This document shows positions 58,539 to 64,000 of a stretch of 64,000 nucleotides of DNA, piece after piece. Below the pieces are notes generated by a model. It was not told the origin of the DNA. It saw only the letters and a program-made list of their open reading frames with translations, and ran no database searches. How positions within the stretch are numbered: the first letter of the stretch is position 1; each line of letters opens with the position of its first letter. The translations under genes were made by a program, and so were the position numbers. The stretch is from NCBI GenBank assembly GCA_963666315.2, contig CAXXHG010000015.1, positions 160,001 through 224,000 on the forward strand. Reading direction: 5' to 3'. Source of the DNA: Candidatus Binatia bacterium (GTDB lineage: Bacteria; Desulfobacterota; Binatia; Bin18).

Positions 58539-60167
58539 TCACTCTTGTCTCTCTTCGTCCGCTTCCTGGCTCTCATCCAGCACGGTCCAGCCGATGTCCT
58601 GGAGCTGAAAGCGGGTCAGATCGACTTCGCTCGCCGCATCAAGGTCGCTATTCAGAAAGGGCTCCATGAGCAGATTCGGTGTCGCGCTGGGATCCCAATG
58701 AGAAATGGAAGAGCCGAGCTCGAGCGTAGGCGGAGCGTAGAGCAGCACGCGGCCGTGCTCATCTGCGCCAACGAGTTGATCCGGGTTGACGCGTAACACG
58801 GCCTTGACCGCCGACCCGCGAGAATTCGTGAGCTCGTCCATCAGTGCGGTTCCCGCTTCCTGGCCTACACTGACGGCAGGAATAGAAATCCCCGCGCCAT
58901 CACCGTCCATTACGATCGGGTCGCCGGGTACATCGTTTACCACGAGCACCGCGCTTGCACCCGCAGCCTGGGCATGCGCCACTTTGAGTGTGAACGGACA
59001 ATGCCCTCGGCTGACAAGGGCGATGTCGCCCCTCAGACGATTCTTGAGCGGCTCACAGGCATCAGTCGGTTCGCCTATCAAATCGTTTTCCAGTTCGATC
59101 GGCTCTGACTCAGCGTTCAGCGCTAAAACCGGGCCAAAATTCGCCAGTCTCACGTCGTACTGCCCTTTCAAGCCGGTCGGTGAAAGAATTTCGAGCTCGG
59201 CCCGAAAAGCCAAAAAGTCGGCAGCCGCCTCAGTCACGGCCTCTCCATCCCAGACTAGGCTGCCTTGATTCAGCTGCGAAATCAGCCGTTCGTCATTGCG
59301 CATCTCGTGCCAATGCTTGCTGAGACTCGTGTCATAGACTGCGGTCGAATGGACATCCGGCAAGTCGAGCGGCGGCGTGCCCGTGTCCGGATCAATAAAA
59401 TTGACCAACCCAACGCCGTGGGCCAATTCGTGCATCACCACATTGAGCAGGCTAATCGTGCCCTTTGCGGCCGGGGTATTGAAGTCGTAATACCAGTCGC
59501 CGGGCAGGCAGTTGGGATTGCCATCAATATCACCATTGGAGAAGGCCGCGATGTCATCATTATAGGGTTCGTGGAGCAGCTCGGCGTCCGCTGGGCCGGG
59601 ACTCAAATCCTGTACGGCCAGCGCATTACTCAGAGCAGCCGGATACCACACATCAGCCTGGCGGTGTTCAACATCGGAAGGAAAATTCGCAAACAACCGA
59701 ATCGGGCCGGCCGCCCCCAACACGGCGGAAGTCATATCACACGGCAACGGACTGAACGTCGCCTGCACCACAATTTCAACCGAACTATCCAGGATACTAG
59801 CCCATACATCGGCGGCAAACACGAATACCTGCAGCCGCTGCTCACCGAGCGTGACACCCGCATTACCGCCGATCGGTGCGACGGCAGTCTGATCGTTGAA
59901 TCCTACAGGGACCGGATCGACGTTGTTGATAGTAATAGTCGTGTCTGCCTGGACACGAGGAATGAGGGTAAGAAGGAGCGCCAGAAACAGCACAGCGAGC
60001 TGCGCTCCTCCGAATAATACTCGTCGCAGTAGCACATCCAGCCTACAATAGTGCGTCCCCGCACGTTGATGCTTCGACAGGCTCAGCACGAACGGTTCCG
60101 TTCTACACCGCGACCAAACAGCGCACAGTTTTAATGTAGACGCAGCAGTAGACTGCGACCCACGCAC
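58539..60167 (-). CDS. Secreted PA-domain zinc metallopeptidase
   Basis: HELAHGVG zinc motif, PA domain (IALVSRGHCPF..K...AQAAGA) and GSSISHWD...PNLLMEP. RBS GGAGGAG before GTG 60167; start uncertain. Confidence 0.82.
   Translation of the reverse strand: MRGSQSTAASTLKLCAVWSRCRTEPFVLSLSKHQRAGTHYCRLDVLLRRVLFGGAQLAVLFLALLLTLIPRVQADTTITINNVDPVPVGFNDQTAVAPIGGNAGVTLGEQRLQVFVFAADVWASILDSSVEIVVQATFSPLPCDMTSAVLGAAGPIRLFANFPSDVEHRQADVWYPAALSNALAVQDLSPGPADAELLHEPYNDDIAAFSNGDIDGNPNCLPGDWYYDFNTPAAKGTISLLNVVMHELAHGVGLVNFIDPDTGTPPLDLPDVHSTAVYDTSLSKHWHEMRNDERLISQLNQGSLVWDGEAVTEAAADFLAFRAELEILSPTGLKGQYDVRLANFGPVLALNAESEPIELENDLIGEPTDACEPLKNRLRGDIALVSRGHCPFTLKVAHAQAAGASAVLVVNDVPGDPIVMDGDGAGISIPAVSVGQEAGTALMDELTNSRGSAVKAVLRVNPDQLVGADEHGRVLLYAPPTLELGSSISHWDPSATPNLLMEPFLNSDLDAASEVDLTRFQLQDIGWTVLDESQEADEERQE
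60070..60095. repeat. CTTCGACAGGCTCAG-type palindromic repeat
   Basis: TGCTTCGACAGGCTCAGCACGAACGG, which translates as PFVLSLSKH on the minus strand. Confidence 0.7.
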
Positions 60168-60205
60168 CGAATTTCTCCTCCGTCTCAGGCAGGCGAAGAC
60201 AGCCC

Positions 60206-60703
60206 TCACTCCTCCGCCCCCTGCCCCGGCCTAACACCGTGCGAAGGAGATCTCTCCAGCAAATCGGCGGCACGTTCCACTCCACTCACACAATCCACTT
60301 CTAACTCACCTTTTTCGTTCATCCGCGCGATCGAAAAATTGAGCAAACGGGTGCCAACCACGAGCGACAGCATTCGGTCTCGCATAAACACAGTCTGGGG
60401 CGGCTTGCCAAATCGGTCACGTAGCGACTGGGCCAAAACCCGCTTTTGCTCAAGGGTCGGCGGCAATAATTCCCCGGTTCTTTGATCCACCTGAACCGTG
60501 ATACCGCCGACTGTCGTCAGAGTCGCAGGGGTCGGCGCTGCAGCACTCGGCAGAGAGCGTTCTTCAGCTTTTCGGGGCTCTGGCACCGTCTGCACCAACC
60601 GAGCAGCCTCGTCCTCAAGCTCCTGGACTAACACACTTCCTACGGCCAAGAGGCTCAGGCCAATCAAAGCGAAGCGGACAGTATTTTTTCTAGGTACGGA
60701 CAT
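60206..60703 (-). CDS. Exported small protein, post-PEP-CTERM-1-like (peptidase partner)
   Basis: N-terminal TM, then VDQRTGELLPPTLEQ...FSIARMNEKGELEVDCV. Directly upstream of the peptidase. Confidence 0.6.
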   Translation of the reverse strand: MSVPRKNTVRFALIGLSLLAVGSVLVQELEDEAARLVQTVPEPRKAEERSLPSAAAPTPATLTTVGGITVQVDQRTGELLPPTLEQKRVLAQSLRDRFGKPPQTVFMRDRMLSLVVGTRLLNFSIARMNEKGELEVDCVSGVERAADLLERSPSHGVRPGQGAEE

Positions 60704-60911
60704 ACCAGCAGCTTCTCATATCAGGCGGTTTCGATCGTCCTTACTTACTCACTCTTGCTCCCTCTGGACGAGCTTTGGGAATACACGAGAAGAGGCCCAG
60801 CATCAAGATAAAACTCTCTGTATACAAATGAACGCGACTCTACACCGGAGAGTTCCTGAACTGCGAACAGGGTTTATTTTCTAGGGGGTGAGATTAGCGT
60901 GAAGGGCAAGG

Positions 60912-61592
60912 TCAGGACAGACGGTGTCCGTTCCCGTTTACCGTGCCGTTTTTCAGATTCTCGGCCAGCACTACGGTAAACAGGGACATAGGGTGGGTTT
61001 TGAAGCTCTTCTCAATACGGACAGAGACACCGTCAAACGCCTGTTTGAGACGCAGGGAGGCACTCCAGCCTAAGCGCCGGGTGATGGGATCAAGCGCGCC
61101 GACAATGGGGCCGAGAATAGGTTTTGTTGTCCGAAAATGGTTGATGATGGCAATCTTCCCGCCTGGTTTACATACCCGGTGAATCTCTTTCATCATACCA
61201 ACGGGGTCGGGCACAACGCTGATAACGTGAAACGAGGTGACATAGTCAAACGTATTGTCCGGGAAGTCAAGATTCAGCGCGTCCATGCTGAGCAGGCGAA
61301 AATGGCGCCAGCCGCCCTCATCCGCCCGCTCCTGCGCGCGCTCCAACATACCAGGCGCGAGGTCTATCCCCGTCACCTCGCAATGGGCCGGATAGGCCTG
61401 CATAGACAGGCCGGTTCCTACTCCGACTTCGAGCACTTTCGCCCCAGGCTGAATATTGAGATTACGAATAACAGCGGTAATACGATCACTAAAGAAGCGG
61501 GAGAAAATCTTATCGTATAGATGAGAGAATTCGGAGTAAATTTTACTCTCGTGAGGGTTCGCAATCTCCCTGCCATTGTGCTCAGCCAACAC
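60912..61592 (-). CDS. Phospholipid N-methyltransferase-like (PmtA) SAM methyltransferase
   Basis: LYDKIF, VLEVGVGTGLS, ISVVPDP, RVCKPGG and IINHF...LGW motifs. Confidence 0.78.
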   Translation of the reverse strand: MLAEHNGREIANPHESKIYSEFSHLYDKIFSRFFSDRITAVIRNLNIQPGAKVLEVGVGTGLSMQAYPAHCEVTGIDLAPGMLERAQERADEGGWRHFRLLSMDALNLDFPDNTFDYVTSFHVISVVPDPVGMMKEIHRVCKPGGKIAIINHFRTTKPILGPIVGALDPITRRLGWSASLRLKQAFDGVSVRIEKSFKTHPMSLFTVVLAENLKNGTVNGNGHRLS

Positions 61593-61803
61593 GCGTCATC
61601 TCCCTCGATGTACAGACCACTGCTTGTTTCTGCTGCAGCTTCTTCAAGAGCGTAACGTCCTGATGTCGGAACCGCCACTGCCTGCCTCGTTTTATCCCAG
61701 CCAATACATTTTTCCGAGCAAGCACGTTGACCGTATCCGGACTGAGCTCAAGCAGCGCGGCAGCCTGCCGACTGTTGAGCAGAACTTCTTCGTTCTCTTC
61801 CAC
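61582..61803 (-). CDS. Excisionase-family (HTH_17) DNA-binding protein
   Basis: LLNSRQAAALLELSPDTV..LARK..L.GIKRGRQWRF. Confidence 0.8.
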   Translation of the reverse strand: MEENEEVLLNSRQAAALLELSPDTVNVLARKNVLAGIKRGRQWRFRHQDVTLLKKLQQKQAVVCTSREMTRVG

Positions 61804-61889
61804 AGCGTTGTATTTCCCGCGTAAACTGACTAGGTGGCAGGGATACCATAACGCTGAAAAATGGTCAATGTCCGTGTAATTTCGAAGAG

Positions 61890-63710
61890 TTAGTATCCCT
61901 TTATATCGCGCACGCGGAGTTGCAAGCTAGCAGTGCCATTCCAGACGTTGATGCTCGGCGTATAGAGTAGGTCGACCCGTTGTCGGACAGTAATGTCACG
62001 ATCGCCCATACCAAAGCCTATGGCATCAACCGGGCTTCCGCCGTCTGGTGAACGAAGTACGAGTTTGAGATGTCCGGCCTTGCCCTGCGACTGATCGCCG
62101 ACAACGCGACAGCCCACCACCTCGGCCTGAGAAGCGCGAAAAACCGGTTCCGGGTTACCCTGTCCATACGGTTCGAGGCGACGGAGTTCCGCCAAGAGTT
62201 CCGGCCCCAGCACTCCGAAATCCAGTTCCGTGTCATACTCGACCACGGGCACCAGGTCATCGGCTGTCAGTCGTTGGCAGGCAACCGTTTCAAACTGATC
62301 CGCAAAGACGGGAATCGATTCAGTCTGGATGGATAATCCCGCCGCTGGACGATGCCCCCCGTAGCCAGCTAAGAGGCCGGCACACGCCTTAAGCCCTTCA
62401 TACAAATGGAAAGGTTTGGGGCTTCGGCCGGACCCTTTTCCCATATCGCCATCTATGGCAATGAGAATAGTCGGCCGACCGTATCGTTCCACCAAACGTG
62501 AGGCAACAATGCCAATGACGCCGGGGTGCCAATCTGGCGAGGCGAGAACCAAACTATAACGCACACTTTGCTCATCTTTTCCACCCTGCTCAAGCTGCCC
62601 ACCTTGCTCAAGCTGGGCCTCGGCCATGGCTATGGCTTGCATCAGAATTTTCTCTTCAATGGCTCTACGAGCGAGATTTTCCTCGTCCAGCTCAGCGGCA
62701 ATGAATCGCGCGCGTTCGGCATCCGTCGTCGTCAGCAGCTCGACGGCTTTCTTGGCTTCTGCTAAGCGTCCACCGGCGTTGATACGCGGACCAAGGCGAA
62801 AGCCGATATAGCTCGCCGTCACGTCGGAATCGCCACTCACCGCCTTTAAGGCGCAAATTCCCGGTCGCTGACTGTTTTCGATTTGCTTGAGTCCATGCGT
62901 CACCAGCACCCGGTTTTCTTCGACCAAGGGCACTAAATCTGCAACTGTACCCAGACACACAAGATCTAAATACCGGCGCAGATCTGGAACTGGCTGTACG
63001 CCCCTTGCGCGCAGTCGCATGCGCAGGCCCATGAGCAAATAGAATACGACCCCTGCTCCAGACAGGCCGGAAAAAGAAAAAGGACAGTCTTTTTCCAGAG
63101 GATTCAGTACAGCGTAGGCCGGCAGTTTTTCTTCCGGCACGTGGTGGTGGTCACACACGATCACATCGATACCGAGCTGCTGCGCTCGGGCAATCTCGGT
63201 ATGATTGCTGGCCCCGCAGTCGGCAGTCACCAGCACTTTCACCCCGTCAGCCGCCAGCTTCTCGATAGCGGGTGTATTGAGCCCATACCCCTCGTGAATC
63301 CGGTGCGGAATATAGAGCATAGGGTCCATCCCAATTTCACGCAGGAAGAGGATAAGTTGGGAGCTGCCCGTCACCCCATCAACATCATAGTCTCCCCATA
63401 TGCACACCTGCTCGCCTTTATCTTCGGCGCGCAACAGCCGGTCCGTTGCACGTTGCATATCTGGAAAGAGCATCGGCGAACGCAGCCCTGTGCGCAGTAG
63501 GGGGGACAAAAATGTCGCTACTTTCTGGGGGGTATCAACACCACGGCTCACAAGCAGCCGGGCCGTGAGAGGCGAGAGCGGCTCTGGATAGGCGTGTGTT
63601 TCCGCAAGAAGCGTCCGAATACGATCGGGATCTGCCGAACGGGCGGTCCAACGCTTTTCTCGCTTTTCGAGCTTTTCACGCTCTTCGCGCCGTTGGCCGG
63701 GCCCGCTCAT
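61890..63710 (-). CDS. recJ: Single-stranded-DNA exonuclease RecJ
   Basis: GDYDVDG, EGYGL, TADCG, DHH, GPRINAGGR, GSGRS, GGH.PAAG and EPYGQGNPEP motifs. ATGA overlap with the secF stop. Confidence 0.96.
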   Translation of the reverse strand: MSGPGQRREEREKLEKREKRWTARSADPDRIRTLLAETHAYPEPLSPLTARLLVSRGVDTPQKVATFLSPLLRTGLRSPMLFPDMQRATDRLLRAEDKGEQVCIWGDYDVDGVTGSSQLILFLREIGMDPMLYIPHRIHEGYGLNTPAIEKLAADGVKVLVTADCGASNHTEIARAQQLGIDVIVCDHHHVPEEKLPAYAVLNPLEKDCPFSFSGLSGAGVVFYLLMGLRMRLRARGVQPVPDLRRYLDLVCLGTVADLVPLVEENRVLVTHGLKQIENSQRPGICALKAVSGDSDVTASYIGFRLGPRINAGGRLAEAKKAVELLTTTDAERARFIAAELDEENLARRAIEEKILMQAIAMAEAQLEQGGQLEQGGKDEQSVRYSLVLASPDWHPGVIGIVASRLVERYGRPTILIAIDGDMGKGSGRSPKPFHLYEGLKACAGLLAGYGGHRPAAGLSIQTESIPVFADQFETVACQRLTADDLVPVVEYDTELDFGVLGPELLAELRRLEPYGQGNPEPVFRASQAEVVGCRVVGDQSQGKAGHLKLVLRSPDGGSPVDAIGFGMGDRDITVRQRVDLLYTPSINVWNGTASLQLRVRDIKGY

Positions 63711-64000
63711 CGACGGGGTTTCTCTTTTTCCCACAACAACACAATGGGACTGGCGACGTAAATGGAGGAATACGTCCCTATCGTCATACCGACCAAGAGC
63801 ACCAGAGCAAAGGCGTGCAACACCGAGCCGCCTAAGAAAAAGAGGGCCAGAATAACCATCAGCACAGTGCCGGTTGTGATGACCGTCCGACTCAACGTTT
63901 CGTTGATGCTGCGATTAATAATAACGTGGAGCGTTTCACGCCGCAGTTTGCGCATGTTTTCTCGCACCCGGTCACACACGATCACCGTATCATTGACCGA
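63707..64000 (-). CDS. secF: Protein translocase subunit SecF (C-terminal part, runs off the window)
   Basis: NDTVIVCDRVREN, INETLSRT and GTYSSIYVASP motifs. Confidence 0.95.
   Translation of the reverse strand, partial: SVNDTVIVCDRVRENMRKLRRETLHVIINRSINETLSRTVITTGTVLMVILALFFLGGSVLHAFALVLLVGMTIGTYSSIYVASPIVLLWEKEKPRR

Noticed and set aside
61582-61803. Prophage or ICE signalled by the excisionase-like gene
   Set aside because: Flanked by housekeeping genes, with no integrase, att sites or phage genes.

Overview
Chromosomal, GC-rich bacterial window with about 65 gene-like units. It is probably from a Deltaproteobacteria-like lineage such as Ca. Binatia; this is an inference from gene content and style. 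Intact core genes are pyk, lpxD, secF (partial), recJ, tRNA-Arg(CCG) and a complete A1-type aa3 cytochrome c oxidase operon (coxB-coxA-ctaA-ctaB-coxC-orf-coxC'-coxD-sco). A large accessory catabolic block carries LLM/F420 oxidoreductases, an epoxide hydrolase, a CoA transferase, TauD, cupins, a VOC protein, FAH and acyl-CoA dehydrogenases. The dominant signal is ongoing gene decay. About 17 pseudogenes or fragments are readable, including actB joined by a large deletion to a coxIII tail, phaC, a REC-GGDEF cyclase, frameshifted hisG, a receiver protein, a BNR propeller, an epoxide hydrolase, TauD, an ACAD, DUF1330, TfoX and an ECF sigma factor cut by IS30. Several MITEs and REP-like palindromes are also present. 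No CRISPR array, rRNA, prophage or complete defence system is visible, and no novel system can be proven from sequence alone. The best candidates are a switch-like structured RNA upstream of phaC, a hidden spanin-like lipoprotein broken at a perfect palindrome, a polyferredoxin plus small cytochrome-b-like membrane peptide divergent from the oxidase operon, a stand-alone archaeal-type ThrRS editing domain, a cupin with a histone-like tail, and an excisionase-type HTH coupled to a PmtA-like methyltransferase.
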